Source: Vulcanimicrobiota bacterium (lineage in GTDB: Bacteria > Vulcanimicrobiota > Vulcanimicrobiia > Vulcanimicrobiales > Vulcanimicrobiaceae). Taken from it: a DNA stretch of 64,000 nt. Positions 40,923-52,061 of this stretch are shown piece by piece. A program made the translations under genes and the position numbers. The stretch is from assembly GCA_003135555.1 (NCBI GenBank), contig PLCF01000072.1:1-64000 (forward strand), read 5' to 3'. The first letter of the stretch is position 1, and each line of letters opens with the position of its first letter. The notes beneath the pieces are model-generated. The model was not told the DNA's origin. It saw nothing but the letters and a program-made list of their open reading frames with translations, and did no database searches.

Positions 40923-41726
40923 TCACGGGAGATGCGCCGGCATCTCATTGCCGTCGTACGTGCCGGAAAAGCGCGTCGCAATACCTTCAAAGTACTCGTC
41001 GAGGGCAAGCAGCTCGTCGCTGCTGCGGGGAACAGCACCTTGCGCCACCACACCGAATTGCGCCTCGTCCTCTTCGGGCAACGGTTCGAACACCGATACT
41101 GAGTCTACACGCATTTCCGCGACAACGGCATCAGCCGCATCACGCGCGTTATCCGCCGTCGGAAACAAGAGAAAGAACGAAGATCCGCGCTCCCGGTCTC
41201 CGTTCCATCGCGGCGGTCTTTGATACTCACGAGCTTCGGGACCCTTGAATTCCCATTCCGGATCCCAGCCTGCGTCGATCAGAACCCGCAGCGCCAACGC
41301 GGGCACGAATTGGCGGTACGGGAATTCCTGTTGCTCTTTGGTCAGACGGCCGACGCGCCATACGTTGGTTCCATCATCCAGCCACCACGAGCCGACCCGG
41401 TGACGGCCATCGGGTCCAGGAAATGTCGCGGCACGAAACACCGGCAGAGCAGGATTATAGCCGGCTGGCAGCTCGGCGTGCCCGACGAATCGGAGTCTGC
41501 GTTCCTTTGCTTCGAGCGCAACGTTGCCCATCAACGTCACGAACAACTCGGACGCGTTCCGAGTCGCGCACGCCGCGTCCGTACCGACCGATTCGGCAAC
41601 GGGCGACAGGACGCGCATCGCCCAACCATACTCACGATGCTTTGCAATGGCTTGCACGTACGCGAAGCCGTGATCGACCGAAAGCTCGAACACGTCGCCC
41701 TGACGTACCGCTTCTCTTTTGCTCAT
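40923..41726 (-). CDS. Imm26-like N-terminal domain fused to an RraB-like C-terminal domain
   Basis: GDVFELSVDHGFAYVQ N-terminus; FLLFPTADNARDAA...IATRFSGTYDGNE C-terminus; ATGA overlap with the RidA gene. Confidence 0.6.
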   Translation of the reverse strand: MSKREAVRQGDVFELSVDHGFAYVQAIAKHREYGWAMRVLSPVAESVGTDAACATRNASELFVTLMGNVALEAKERRLRFVGHAELPAGYNPALPVFRAATFPGPDGRHRVGSWWLDDGTNVWRVGRLTKEQQEFPYRQFVPALALRVLIDAGWDPEWEFKGPEAREYQRPPRWNGDRERGSSFFLLFPTADNARDAADAVVAEMRVDSVSVFEPLPEEDEAQFGVVAQGAVPRSSDELLALDEYFEGIATRFSGTYDGNEMPAHLP

Positions 41727-42121
41727 CGATCTGCAGGGATGGCGGCTGTCGCTTCGATCTCGACCATCGCTTCGTCTTCGACCAGGGCGGTGACTTCAAC
41801 GACCGACATGGCCGGAAAGTGCTTGCCCATCACCTCGCGGTAGGCGTCCCCGATCTCGCGCTGTGCGGCGAGGTACCCGCGTTTGTCGGTGACGTACCAG
41901 GTCAGGCGGACGACGTGCTCGGGGCGCCCGCCGGCCTCGGCGAGGACCGTGACGACGTTGCGCAGCGCCTGGCGCGTTTGACCGGCGATGTCGCCGGCGG
42001 CGAAGCGGCCCTGTTCGTCCCAGCCGATCTGGCCGCTGACGAACACCATCGTTCCTTGCGCGCTCACGCCGCACGAATAGCCCTTGGGGCGCGGCCAGCC
42101 GGCGGGTTGCAGGATCGTCAC
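41723..42121 (-). CDS. RidA/YjgF family protein
   Basis: PAGWPRPKGYS, FVSGQIGW, VEIEATA. Confidence 0.92.
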   Translation of the reverse strand: MTILQPAGWPRPKGYSCGVSAQGTMVFVSGQIGWDEQGRFAAGDIAGQTRQALRNVVTVLAEAGGRPEHVVRLTWYVTDKRGYLAAQREIGDAYREVMGKHFPAMSVVEVTALVEDEAMVEIEATAAIPADR

Positions 42122-43740
42122 GTGCGTGCCTCCGCCGCGGTGCGCAATTTGAAGCGCTGCAGCTTGCCGGTCTCGGTGCGCGGCAGCTCGCGCACGAAGT
42201 CGATCGCCCGCGGATACTTGTACGGCGCGATCCGTGCCTTGACGAACTCCTGCAGCTCGCGCACCAGCGCGGGGTCGCCGTCTCCATCCCGAAGCACGAC
42301 GAACGCTTTGACGATCGACCCGCGAGCTTCGTCGGGCGCGCCGACGACGGCGCACTCGAGCACCTGCGGGTGTTCGAGCAAGGCGCCCTCCACCTCGGGG
42401 CCGGCGATGTTGTAGCCTGAGGAGATGATCATGTCGTCCGTGCGCGCCTGATACCAGAAGTAACCGTCCGCATCGAGCCGGTAGGCGTCGCCGGTGAGGT
42501 TCCAGCCATTTTGCACGTAGTCGCGCTGACGCGGATCGGAGAGGTACCGGCAGCCGGTCGGGCCCTTCACCGCCAGCCGGCCGACGCTGCCCGGCGGGAG
42601 CGGCCGGCCGTCGTCATCGAGGATGCACGCCGCATAGCCCGGGACGGGCGTCCCGGTCGCGCCGGGGCGAATCGCATCGCCCGACGCGGCGATGAAGATG
42701 TGCAGCATCTCGGTCGAGCCGATCCCGTCGATGATCCGCACCCCCGTCGCATCTTCCCACAGCGTGCGCGTCGCGACGGGCAGCGTCTCGCCGGCCGAGA
42801 CGCACGCGCGCAGCGTGTGCAGATCGTAGCCCTTCGCGAGCGGTGCCATCGCACGGTACGACGTCGGCGCGGTGAAGCACACGGTCGCGCCGAAGCGCTG
42901 GATCGCCGCGAGCAGCGCTTCCGGCGCCGTCTTCTCGATCAGCGCGGTCGAGGCGCCGGCACGCAGCGGGAACAGCAGTGCGCCGCCGAGCCCGTAGGTG
43001 AACGCCAGCGGCGGCGTGCCGACGAACACGTCGTCAGGTCCGGGTGCGAACGTGGCGGGCGGGAAGGTGTCGCAGATGGCGAGCACGTCGCGGTGGAAGT
43101 GCATCGTGCCTTTCGGTCGACCGGTCGTGCCCGACGTGAACGCGATCATGCAGACGTCGTCGCGGGCCGTGTCGGCGTTCGCGAACGCCGGCGGCTGGCG
43201 CTGCGTCAGCGCCGCGAGGCCGCTGTCGCGTTCGTCGTGCGAAAAGACGACCGTGCGCAGCGTGGGGCACGACCCCATGGCCGCGTCGAGCTCGTCCCGC
43301 AGCCGCACGTCGCAGATCGCGTGCGAGACCTCGGCCGCGGTGATGACGTCGATCAACTCTTTCGCGCGCAGCAACGGCATCGTGGTGACCACGACCGCCC
43401 CGGCCTTGACCACGCCCAGCCAGCACGCGGCCGTTACGTCGTTGTTGAAGCCGCGCAGCAGCACGCGGTTGCCCGGAACGACCCCCAGCTCGGCGCGCAG
43501 CACGTTCGCGATGCGGGCAGCGTCGTCGAGCAGCCGAGCGTAGGTGACGCGCCGCTCCGGCGTCACGATCGCGGTCCGATCGCCCAGCCCGCGCGCGACG
43601 GCAGCGTCGAGCAGCTCCGCGGCGCAGTTCAGCCGCTCCGGATACTGCAGCTCCGGCAGCGTGAACAGGAACTCCGGCCACTGATCGCGCGGCGGCAAGT
43701 GATCGTGAGCGAACGTGTCGACGTGCGCGCTGGTCGTCAT
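42118..43740 (-). CDS. abmG: 2-aminobenzoate-CoA ligase
   Basis: SAHVDTFAHDHLPP N-terminus, FTSGTTGRPKGTMHFHRD, DGIGSTEMLHIF. Confidence 0.88.
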   Translation of the reverse strand: MTTSAHVDTFAHDHLPPRDQWPEFLFTLPELQYPERLNCAAELLDAAVARGLGDRTAIVTPERRVTYARLLDDAARIANVLRAELGVVPGNRVLLRGFNNDVTAACWLGVVKAGAVVVTTMPLLRAKELIDVITAAEVSHAICDVRLRDELDAAMGSCPTLRTVVFSHDERDSGLAALTQRQPPAFANADTARDDVCMIAFTSGTTGRPKGTMHFHRDVLAICDTFPPATFAPGPDDVFVGTPPLAFTYGLGGALLFPLRAGASTALIEKTAPEALLAAIQRFGATVCFTAPTSYRAMAPLAKGYDLHTLRACVSAGETLPVATRTLWEDATGVRIIDGIGSTEMLHIFIAASGDAIRPGATGTPVPGYAACILDDDGRPLPPGSVGRLAVKGPTGCRYLSDPRQRDYVQNGWNLTGDAYRLDADGYFWYQARTDDMIISSGYNIAGPEVEGALLEHPQVLECAVVGAPDEARGSIVKAFVVLRDGDGDPALVRELQEFVKARIAPYKYPRAIDFVRELPRTETGKLQRFKLRTAAEART

Positions 43741-43744
43741 GGCG

Positions 43745-44566
43745 TCAGTCGCCTTCGAACACGGGGGTGCGTTTGGCGGCGAAGGCCTCGTACGCGCGCC
43801 GGAAATCGCGCGTCGCCATGCAGATCGCCTGCGCTTCGGCCTCGGCCTCGATCGCCTCGTCCAGCCCCATCGACCACTCCTGGTGCAGCATCTTCTTGGT
43901 CATCGCGTGCCCGAAGGCCGGCCCGCTCGCGAGCGCGGACGCGAAGGTAGCCGCTTCGGCCAGCACCGCTTCGGGCGCGCAGAGCCGGTTGAAGAACCCC
44001 CACGCTAACGCCTCGTCGGCGGACATCGAGCGACCGCTGTAGAGCAGCTCCGCCGCGCGGCCGTGCCCGATGACGCGTGGTAACAACGCGCACGCGCCCA
44101 TGTCGGCGCCGGCCAGGCCGACCCGCGTGAACAAGAACGCGACGCGTGCGCCGGGCGTCCCGTAGCGCAGGTCCGAGGCCAGTGCAAGCATCGCGCCCGC
44201 GCCCGCGCAGACGCCGTCGACCGCGGCAACGATCGGTTGCGGGCAGGCGCGCATCGCCTTGACCACGTCGCCGGTCATCCGGGTGAACGCCAAGAGCTCC
44301 GGCATCGCCATCGCGGTGAGCGGTCCGATGATCTCGTGCACGTCGCCGCCCGAACTGAAGTTGCCGCCGGCTCCGGTGACGACCACGGCCTGCACGTCGC
44401 GCGCGTAGACGAGCCCGCGGAACAGGTCGCGCAGCTCGGCGTACGACTCGAACGTCAGTGGGTTCTTGCGCTCGGGCCGGTCGAGCGTGACGGTACCGAC
44501 GCCACCGTCGACGGCCCAGCGGAAATGCTGCGGTTCGTAGGCCGCGAAGTTCTGGTCTCGGTTCAT
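43745..44566 (-). CDS. Enoyl-CoA hydratase family protein
   Basis: [32 protein letters not shown]. Confidence 0.92.
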   Translation of the reverse strand: MNRDQNFAAYEPQHFRWAVDGGVGTVTLDRPERKNPLTFESYAELRDLFRGLVYARDVQAVVVTGAGGNFSSGGDVHEIIGPLTAMAMPELLAFTRMTGDVVKAMRACPQPIVAAVDGVCAGAGAMLALASDLRYGTPGARVAFLFTRVGLAGADMGACALLPRVIGHGRAAELLYSGRSMSADEALAWGFFNRLCAPEAVLAEAATFASALASGPAFGHAMTKKMLHQEWSMGLDEAIEAEAEAQAICMATRDFRRAYEAFAAKRTPVFEGD

Positions 44567-45054
44567 CGCGCGGAGTCGCTTTCACGGGCATTGAGGTGGC
44601 GCTTGAGCTTGGCGAGTAACGCGTAGAGCTGGGTGCGGTCGTGTTCGCCCAACCCGGCGAACATCTCGACGATCCAGCGCTCGTGGCGTCGAGCCATGTC
44701 GGCGAAGGACCGGCGTCCGGCTGCGCTCAGCTTGACGATCGACGCACGCCGGTCGCCCGGCGCGACGCTGCGGGTGATCAGCCCTTCGGCGAGCAGCTGG
44801 TCCGCGATGCGCGTGATGTTCCCGCCGGTGACCATCATGCGCTTGGAGATCGCGGTCATCCGCAAACCGCCGGGGTTGCGCTCGAGCTGCGACAGGAAGT
44901 CGAAGCGCGGCAGCGTCGTATCGAAATCGTCGCGCAGCCTGCCGGAGACGCGGCCTTCGATGAGGTTCGTGCACGCCAGCAGCCGCAGCCAGACGCGCAC
45001 CGAGAGATGATCGTCGTGGGTGGCGCGTGATTCGGTGTCGATGCGTTCGTACAT
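44563..45054 (-). CDS. MarR family regulator
   Basis: [19 protein letters not shown] motifs. Confidence 0.92.
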   Translation of the reverse strand: MYERIDTESRATHDDHLSVRVWLRLLACTNLIEGRVSGRLRDDFDTTLPRFDFLSQLERNPGGLRMTAISKRMMVTGGNITRIADQLLAEGLITRSVAPGDRRASIVKLSAAGRRSFADMARRHERWIVEMFAGLGEHDRTQLYALLAKLKRHLNARESDSAR

Positions 45055-45830
45055 CAGTGTTGCACCTCACCGCCGTCGATCACGATCGTTTGCCCGGTGA
45101 TCGCGTCGGCCTCGGGGCGGCACAGCCACACCACCGCCGCGGCAACCTCGTCGGGCCGTACGAAGCGGCCCAGCGGGTTGTGGGTCAGGATCGCCGCCGC
45201 GGCGGCTTCCTCGGTCCGCCCGGTGTTGGCGACGATGGACGAGACCGCACGATCGAGCATCGCCGTCTCGGTGAAGCCCGGGCATACGGCGTTCACCGTG
45301 ATCCCTTTTGCCGCGAGCTCGGTCGCCAGCGCACGCGTCAGCCCGACGACGCCGTGTTTGGACGCGCAGTACGCGGCGATGTACTTCCCGCCGACGAGTC
45401 CGGCCGTACTCGCGATGTTGACGATCCGCCCGCGCCCGGCGGCGATCATCGCGGGCACCACCTCGCGCGTGCAGTGATACGTGCCGGTGAGGTTGACCCC
45501 GATCACCGACGCCCACGTTGCGGCGTCGAGCTTGGCGAAGGGGCGGCTCAGCGCGATCCCCGCGTTGTTCACCAGGATGTCGACCTCGCCGTGCCGAGCG
45601 CGCGCGTCGGCGAACGCCGCCGCGACGGCGGCCTCGTCGGCCACATCGGCAACGACGACGTGCGCCGCCGCGCTTTGCGGCAGCGACGCCGCATGCCGCT
45701 CGAGCACGCCCCGTTCGCGACCCAACAGCGTCACGCGTATCCCCTCGGCGGCCAAGGCACCGGCAACCGCGGCGCCGATCCCGCGTCCGCCGCCGGTGAC
45801 GAGCGCGTGCCGGCCGGCGAGCGTGCTCAT
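45054..45830 (-). CDS. SDR family oxidoreductase
   Basis: [17 protein letters not shown]. Confidence 0.93.
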   Translation of the reverse strand: MSTLAGRHALVTGGGRGIGAAVAGALAAEGIRVTLLGRERGVLERHAASLPQSAAAHVVVADVADEAAVAAAFADARARHGEVDILVNNAGIALSRPFAKLDAATWASVIGVNLTGTYHCTREVVPAMIAAGRGRIVNIASTAGLVGGKYIAAYCASKHGVVGLTRALATELAAKGITVNAVCPGFTETAMLDRAVSSIVANTGRTEEAAAAAILTHNPLGRFVRPDEVAAAVVWLCRPEADAITGQTIVIDGGEVQH

Positions 45831-48115
45831 CGCGTCACCTCGCTGGCCGCGTCGGCTGCGATCTGCGCCGCGCGCCGCAGCGTGCGCACATACTGCTCGC
45901 GCCCGGGAAGGTACTGCGCGGGCCAGGGCTGCTCGTCGTAGCCCAGCTGCGCCGCGGCGTGCAGGGTGAAATAGGGATCGGCGAGGTGCGGCCGCGCCAG
46001 CGCGACGAGGTCGGCTCGGCCGGCGGCGATGATGCTGTTGACCTGATCGGCGTCGGTGATGTTGCCGACAGCCATCGTGGCGATGCGCAGCTCGTTGCGG
46101 ATCTTGTCCGAGAACGGCGTCTGGAACATCCGGCCGTAGACCGGCTGGGCCAGGCGCGACGTCTGGCCAGCCGACACGTCGATGAGGTCGGCGCCGGCCG
46201 CGTCGAACGCGCGCGCCACCGCGACCGCATCGTTGGGCGTGATCCCGCCCTCGACCCAGTCGGTCGCCGAGATGCGGACCGAGATCGGTTTGTGCTCCGG
46301 CCAGACCGCGCGGATCGCCGCGAACACTTCGAGGGGATAGCGCAAGCGGTTTTCCAGCGACCCGCCGTACGCGTCGGTGCGCCGGTTAGTCAGCGGCGTG
46401 ATGAAGCTCGAGAGCAGGTAGCCGTGCGCGCAGTGCAGCTCGAGCATGTCGAAACCGCACTGCAGCCCCATCGCCGCGGCGCGCGCGAACTCGCCCTTCA
46501 CCCGGTCCATGTCGTCGAGCGTCATCGTGCGCGGAACCTGATTGCGCTCGCCGTAGGCGATCGGCGAGGGCGCCATCACCGGCCAATTGTCGCGCAGCAG
46601 CGGCTCGTCGGCTTCCTCCCAGCCCAATTGCGTCGAACCCTTGGGTCCCGAGTGCCCCAGCTGGAGGGCAATCTTCGCGGGCGTGTTGTCGTGAACGAAG
46701 CCGACGATGCGCGTCCAGGCGGCGACGTGCTCGGGGCGGTACATCCCCGCGCAGCCGGGCGAGATGCGGCCCTCGGGCGAGACGCAGGTCATCTCGGTGA
46801 ACACCAGGCCCGCGCCGCCCTGCGCGCGCGCGCCGAGGTGGACGAGGTAGAAGTCGTTGGGCGTGCCGTCGACGCAGCTGTACATCGCCATCGGCGAGAC
46901 GACGACGCGGTTGCGCAACTCGAGCTCGCGCAGCCGAAACGGCGCGAACATCGGCGGGACGGGCTTGGCCGTTCCGGCACGTTGGGACAGCCAGGCCTCG
47001 ATGTCTTCGACGTAGCGGCGGTCGCGCAGGCGCAGGTTGTCGTGACTGAGGCGCTGGCTGCGCGTCAGCAGGCTGTAGGCGAACTGTTCGGGCTCCAGGT
47101 TGGCGTAGCGCGCGACGTTCTCGAACCATTCGGTGCTGTTGCGCGCCGCGTTTTGCAGGCGCAAGACCTCGATCCGGCGCTCCGCCTCGTACTCCTCGAA
47201 TGCGCGCCTGCGCTCTACGTTACGCCGCAACGCCGCGGCCAACGCGACCGCGTCCTCGAGCGCGAGCTTCGTCCCCGACCCGATCGAGAAGTGGGCCGTG
47301 TGCGCGGCGTCGCCGATCAGCACCCGGTTGCCATCGTGCCAGCGCGCATTGTTGACCTGCACGAAAGTTATCCATGGATTGGCGAGGTGCTTCGCGTTGC
47401 TCAGCAGCGGGTGGCCCCCGAGGTACCGCGCGAAGAGCCGCTCGCAAAACGCAATCGACTCGTCGGGGGTCGCCGTGTCGAGCCCAGCGGCACGCCAGGT
47501 CTCCTCGCGGCACTCTACGATCACCGTGCCGGTCTGGGCGTCGAACTGATACGCGTGTACCTGGAACCAGCCGTGCGGCGTCTCCTCGAAGGCGAACGTG
47601 AAGGCCTCGAAGCGCTGGTGCGTCCCCAGCCAGATGTAGCGGTTGCGGCGGTTCTCGAGCGTCGTTCCGAAGGCGGCGGCGTGCTTGCGCCGCGTCGGCG
47701 AGTTCGCGCCGTCGCCGACGACGATGACGTCCGCACCGGCATGGTCCGCGTCGTCGGCCTCGACCTCGAAGCGCAGCTCCACGCCCTGCTCGGCGGCGCG
47801 CTCTTGCAGGATGCGCAGCAGCCGCTTGCGCGCGATGCCGGCAAACCCCTGACCGCCGGCGCGAATGGTGCGGCCGCGATAGTGGACGTCGATGTCTTCC
47901 CAGTGCACGAAGCTCTCGACGATCCGCGCGTATGTCGGGGGATCGGCCGCGGCGATGTTGCCCAGCGTCTGATCGGAGAAGACCACGCCCCAGCCGAAGG
48001 TGTCCTCGGCGCGATTGCGCTCCAGGACGACGATCTCGGCGTCGGGCCGTGCCGACTTCATCACGATCGAGAAAAACAGGCCGGCCGGTCCGCCGCCGAT
48101 GCAGACTATTCGCAC
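45827..48115 (-). CDS. abmA: Bifunctional anthraniloyl-CoA monooxygenase/reductase (salicylyl-CoA 5-hydroxylase family)
   Basis: GGGPAG...[10 protein letters not shown] and [12 protein letters not shown] monooxygenase half fused to an old-yellow-enzyme half (HCAHGYL). Confidence 0.92.
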   Translation of the reverse strand: MRIVCIGGGPAGLFFSIVMKSARPDAEIVVLERNRAEDTFGWGVVFSDQTLGNIAAADPPTYARIVESFVHWEDIDVHYRGRTIRAGGQGFAGIARKRLLRILQERAAEQGVELRFEVEADDADHAGADVIVVGDGANSPTRRKHAAAFGTTLENRRNRYIWLGTHQRFEAFTFAFEETPHGWFQVHAYQFDAQTGTVIVECREETWRAAGLDTATPDESIAFCERLFARYLGGHPLLSNAKHLANPWITFVQVNNARWHDGNRVLIGDAAHTAHFSIGSGTKLALEDAVALAAALRRNVERRRAFEEYEAERRIEVLRLQNAARNSTEWFENVARYANLEPEQFAYSLLTRSQRLSHDNLRLRDRRYVEDIEAWLSQRAGTAKPVPPMFAPFRLRELELRNRVVVSPMAMYSCVDGTPNDFYLVHLGARAQGGAGLVFTEMTCVSPEGRISPGCAGMYRPEHVAAWTRIVGFVHDNTPAKIALQLGHSGPKGSTQLGWEEADEPLLRDNWPVMAPSPIAYGERNQVPRTMTLDDMDRVKGEFARAAAMGLQCGFDMLELHCAHGYLLSSFITPLTNRRTDAYGGSLENRLRYPLEVFAAIRAVWPEHKPISVRISATDWVEGGITPNDAVAVARAFDAAGADLIDVSAGQTSRLAQPVYGRMFQTPFSDKIRNELRIATMAVGNITDADQVNSIIAAGRADLVALARPHLADPYFTLHAAAQLGYDEQPWPAQYLPGREQYVRTLRRAAQIAADAASEVTR

Positions 48116-48147
48116 GATGCCTCCGAGCCAAAAACTTGCGGCATCGA

Positions 48148-48178
48148 TAGTTTATATCTAAACTAAATGCCCTGTCAA
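48148..48178 (-). promoter_or_regulatory. abm operon promoter with palindromic (probably MarR) operator
   Basis: Minus-strand TTGACA (48178-73), 18 nt, TAAACT (48154-49); inverted repeat TAGTTTA-TATC-TAAACTA at 48148-48165. Confidence 0.7.
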
Positions 48179-48268
48179 TCCCGCTGCGCGAGGTCCGCGG
48201 CCCCCTCCGGTGAAGGGGTCCGTGGGCGGTTCGACCCGCCGGTTCTTTGCCGTTCACGAGGGGATCAG

Positions 48269-49453
48269 ATGCGTATTGTCGCCCGCGCCTCACTCGCCGC
48301 GCTGCTGACGCTGTCGATGGCAGGCTCGAGCGCGTTTGCGGCCGACCCTGCGCCGCTCAAGATCGGGATGATCACCACGCTCTCCACCGCCGGCGGCTAT
48401 TTGGGCGAGGACATGCGGGACGGTTTTCAACTCGCGATCGACGAGGAGCACGGCAAGCTGGGCGGCGTGCCGGTGCAGGTCGTGGTCGAAGATGACGGTC
48501 TCAAGCCGGCCAACGGCAAGCTGATCGCCGACAAGTTCCGCATCCAGGACAAAATCGACGTCTTCACCGGGATTATCTACTCCAACGTGGCGCTGGCGGT
48601 CGTACCGGGCTTGGTGGAGAGCGGCGCGTTCTACCTCAGCCCGAACGCGGGGCCGTCGCAGCTCGCCGGCAAGGGATGCAACAAGAACTTCTTCGTTGTG
48701 TCGTGGCAGAACGACACCCCGCACGAAGCCACCGGGCAGTACGCGCAATACCTCGGCCTCAAGAAAATGGTCGTCGTCGCGCCCAACTACACCACCGGGA
48801 AGGACGCCGTCGCGGGATTCAAACGAACCTTCCACGGCGAGATCGCCGAAGAGATCTACACCGCGCTGGACCAGACCGACTACTCGGCGGAGCTCGCCCG
48901 CATCCGCGCCGCGAACGCCGACGGCATCTTCTACTTCCTCCCCGGCGGTTTGGGGATCAACTTTCTCAAGCAGTTCACCCAAGCCGGACTGAAAAAGACG
49001 ATGAAGGTCGTATTGCCGGAGTTCTCGCTCGAGAGCCACGTGGTCGCGGCGGTCGGTAACGCTGCCGAAGGTCTCTACGGCACCGCGCACTGGCTCAAAG
49101 ATCTGCCCTACGCCGCCAACAAGAAGTTCGTCTCCGAGTTCATCAAGAAGTATCACCGCGAACCGACGCCCTATGCCAGTCAGGGATACGACACCGCGAA
49201 GCTGCTGGCCAGCGGCCTGCGCGCGGTCAACGGAGACGTATCGAAGGCCGACGCGTTTCGTGCTGCGCTGCGGAAAGCCGATTTTCAGTCGACGCGCGGC
49301 GCGTTCAAGTTCGGACCGAACCAGTTCCCGATCCAGGACTGGTACAGCGCCAGGGTCGTGCGCGACGCGAAGACCGGGAAGCTGGTGATTCGCGGCGTGG
49401 GCAAGATCATGGCGCAGGCCGGCGACGTCTACTCCAACGCGTGCAAGCTCTGA
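48269..49453 (+). CDS. ABC substrate-binding protein (benzoate/aminobenzoate type)
   Basis: EDDGLKP, SPNAGPSQLAG, SWQND, PIQDWY. Confidence 0.9.
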   Translation: MRIVARASLAALLTLSMAGSSAFAADPAPLKIGMITTLSTAGGYLGEDMRDGFQLAIDEEHGKLGGVPVQVVVEDDGLKPANGKLIADKFRIQDKIDVFTGIIYSNVALAVVPGLVESGAFYLSPNAGPSQLAGKGCNKNFFVVSWQNDTPHEATGQYAQYLGLKKMVVVAPNYTTGKDAVAGFKRTFHGEIAEEIYTALDQTDYSAELARIRAANADGIFYFLPGGLGINFLKQFTQAGLKKTMKVVLPEFSLESHVVAAVGNAAEGLYGTAHWLKDLPYAANKKFVSEFIKKYHREPTPYASQGYDTAKLLASGLRAVNGDVSKADAFRAALRKADFQSTRGAFKFGPNQFPIQDWYSARVVRDAKTGKLVIRGVGKIMAQAGDVYSNACKL

Positions 49454-49470
49454 GCCCCTGACCCCCTGAC

Positions 49471-50385
49471 ATGAGCCTGGCGCTCGAGCAGCTCCTCAAC
49501 GGACTGCAGTTCGGGGTGATGATCTTCTTGCTCGCCGCCGGGCTCACGCTCGTATTCGGCATCATGGGCGTGATCAATCTGGCGCACGGCTCGATCTACA
49601 TGCTGGGAGCGTTCGTCGCCGCGTCGGTCGCCGGCACCGGCGCGCCGTTCGTCGTTGCGGTCCTGGCCGGCGCAGCGGCCGCGGGGCTGGCGGGGATCGC
49701 GATCGAGCTCGTGGTGATCCGCCGTTTGTACGCGCGCCACCACCTCGATCAAGTGCTCGCAACGTTCGCGCTGATCCTCATCGCGAACGACGGCGTCTCC
49801 ATGATCTGGGGCAAGACGCCGCTCAACATGGCGGTTCCGGCGGCGCTGAGCCCGGCGGTAACGCTGGGTGGATTCATCTATCCGGCCTACCGGCTCGTGC
49901 TCATCGCGGCGGGGATCCTGATCGCGGCGGCGCTGTACGTCCTGATCTCGCGCACGCGCTTGGGGATGTTGATCCGTGCCGGCGCGACGCATCGCGAAAC
50001 CGTCGCCGCACTGGGCGTCGACATCAGCCGCCTCAACACCGTGGTGTTCGCGCTCGGCGCCGTCCTTGCCGGCACGGCGGGCGCGCTGCTCGCGCCGATC
50101 CTCGCCGTCCAAGTCGGCATGGGAGAGCAGATCCTCATCCTGACCTTCGTCGCGATCATCGTCGGCGGCCTGGGATCGATCCGCGGCGCCTTCGCGGGCG
50201 CGCTGCTCGTCGGCGTCGTCGACACGCTGGGCCGCGCCTACATCCCGGTGATCCTCAAGCCGATCGCCAAGCCTGAGATCGCGGACTCGCTGGGCGGCGG
50301 CCTGTCCGCCGTGGCGATCTACGTGCTCATGGCCATCGTGCTGGTGTGGAAGCCGCGAGGCCTGTTCCCTGTCGGCCCTCGCTAA
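49471..50385 (+). CDS. LivH-like ABC permease
   Basis: AAGLTLVFGIMGVINLAHGS. Confidence 0.92.
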   Translation: MSLALEQLLNGLQFGVMIFLLAAGLTLVFGIMGVINLAHGSIYMLGAFVAASVAGTGAPFVVAVLAGAAAAGLAGIAIELVVIRRLYARHHLDQVLATFALILIANDGVSMIWGKTPLNMAVPAALSPAVTLGGFIYPAYRLVLIAAGILIAAALYVLISRTRLGMLIRAGATHRETVAALGVDISRLNTVVFALGAVLAGTAGALLAPILAVQVGMGEQILILTFVAIIVGGLGSIRGAFAGALLVGVVDTLGRAYIPVILKPIAKPEIADSLGGGLSAVAIYVLMAIVLVWKPRGLFPVGPR

Positions 50386-51319
50386 CACGCGCCGGCGCGC
50401 GGCGCTGCTCATCGCAACGCTCATTGTCTTGCTGGCGCTCCCGGCGGCGGCGGGCGTGCTGCACCAGCCGTTCTGGATCAACGCGTGCACGCGCATCGTG
50501 ATCTTCGCGCTGGTCGCCGCGAGCCTCGACCTCATCGTCGGCTACGGCGGGCTGGTGAGCTTCGGCCACGCCGCCTACTTTGCCGTCGGCGGCTACACGG
50601 TCGCGGTGCTCGCGCAGCACGGCATCGACGCGGCGCCCGTCGCATGGGTCGTCGCCGTCGCGCTATCCGCCTTGCTGGCCGTGGTCGTGGGCGCGCTCTC
50701 GCTGCGCACCTCGGGGATCTTCTTCATCATGATCACCCTGGCGTTCGCCCAGATGGTGTTCTTCGCGCTCATCGCAATCAAGGCATGGGGCGGTAACGAT
50801 GGCCTGCCGCTCGGCGCGCGCGCCACGCTGTTGGGGCTGGATCTGCGTGACCCCACCGTCCTGTACTTCGTGTGCCTCACGCTGCTCGTCGCGTTCGTCG
50901 CGTGCGCCGCGCAGCTGGTGGAGTCGCGCTTCGGGATCGTCCTGCGCGGCATTCGCGGCAGCGAACGCCGCGTGCTCGCGCTGGGCTTCCCGACGTTTCG
51001 CTACAAGCTCGTCGCCTTCGTCATCGCCGGCGCCGGCGCGGGCCTAGCCGGCGCGCTGTGGGCGGACTACGCGCGGTTCGTCAGCCCCGACATGGCTTCG
51101 TGGTCGCGCTCGGGCGAATTCCTCGTGATGGTGATCCTGGGTGGAATCGGGACACTCGCGGGCGCGGTATACGGCGCGGCGCTGCTGCTCGGGCTCGAGT
51201 CGGTGCTGTCGGGCCTCACCGAGCACTGGATGCTGCCGCTGGGCCTGATCCTGCTCGCGATCGTCCTGTTCGCCAAACGCGGCGTCTACGGCTGGATCGC
51301 GGGGCGCGACGATGGCTGA
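50369..51319 (+). CDS. LivM-like ABC permease
   Basis: GYGGLVSFGHAA, GGNDG, SRFG. Start uncertain (CTG 50369 after GAGG, or TTG 50429). Confidence 0.88.
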   Translation: MSALANTRRRAALLIATLIVLLALPAAAGVLHQPFWINACTRIVIFALVAASLDLIVGYGGLVSFGHAAYFAVGGYTVAVLAQHGIDAAPVAWVVAVALSALLAVVVGALSLRTSGIFFIMITLAFAQMVFFALIAIKAWGGNDGLPLGARATLLGLDLRDPTVLYFVCLTLLVAFVACAAQLVESRFGIVLRGIRGSERRVLALGFPTFRYKLVAFVIAGAGAGLAGALWADYARFVSPDMASWSRSGEFLVMVILGGIGTLAGAVYGAALLLGLESVLSGLTEHWMLPLGLILLAIVLFAKRGVYGWIAGRDDG

Positions 51320-52061
51320 GCCGGCGCTCGCGGTCCGCGGCTTGCGCAAGTCGTTCGGCGCGCTCGTCGTCACCGCCGATCTGGATCTCGACGTCGCTAC
51401 GGGCGAGTGTCACGCGGTGATCGGCCCTAACGGTGCCGGTAAGACCACGCTGCTCGACCAGCTCGCGGGCGAGCTGGTCCCCGACGGCGGCCGGATCGTG
51501 TTCGCCGCGCGCGACGTAACGCGGCTCGGCCCCGACGCGCGCGCGCGGCTCGGAATGGCGCGCTCGTTTCAAATCCCGACCCTCATCGCCGATTTGACCG
51601 CGGAAGACAACGTCGCGCTCGCCGTCCAGGCCCGCACGGCGACGGCGATGCGCTTTTGGCGCAGCGCATACCGCGACAGCATGCTACGCCTCCCAGCCCG
51701 AGCCGCGCTGGCGCGCGTCGGCCTTGCCGCTCGTGGAAGCGTCGCCGCCGGCGATCTCGCGCACGGCGAGCAGCGCCTGCTCGAGGTCGCGATCGCGCTC
51801 GCGCGTGAGCCCACGCTGTTGTTGCTCGACGAGCCGATGGCGGGTCTGGGGCACGACGAGAGCCGCGCGATGATCGCGCTGCTCTCGAGCATCAAAGGCA
51901 CGCTCACCATGCTGTTGGTCGAGCACGACATGGAAGCCGTCGCGCACCTAGCCGATCGCGTCACGGTGCTCGTCGCGGGACGCGCGGTGGCCAGCGGCGG
52001 CTACGACGCCGTCCGTGCCGACCCGGTGGTTCGCAGCGCGTACCTCGGCGGCGACGCATGA
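51312..52061 (+). CDS. LivG-like ABC ATP-binding protein
   Basis: GPNGAGKT, LAHGEQR, VEHDM. Confidence 0.92.
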   Translation: MAEPALAVRGLRKSFGALVVTADLDLDVATGECHAVIGPNGAGKTTLLDQLAGELVPDGGRIVFAARDVTRLGPDARARLGMARSFQIPTLIADLTAEDNVALAVQARTATAMRFWRSAYRDSMLRLPARAALARVGLAARGSVAAGDLAHGEQRLLEVAIALAREPTLLLLDEPMAGLGHDESRAMIALLSSIKGTLTMLLVEHDMEAVAHLADRVTVLVAGRAVASGGYDAVRADPVVRSAYLGGDA

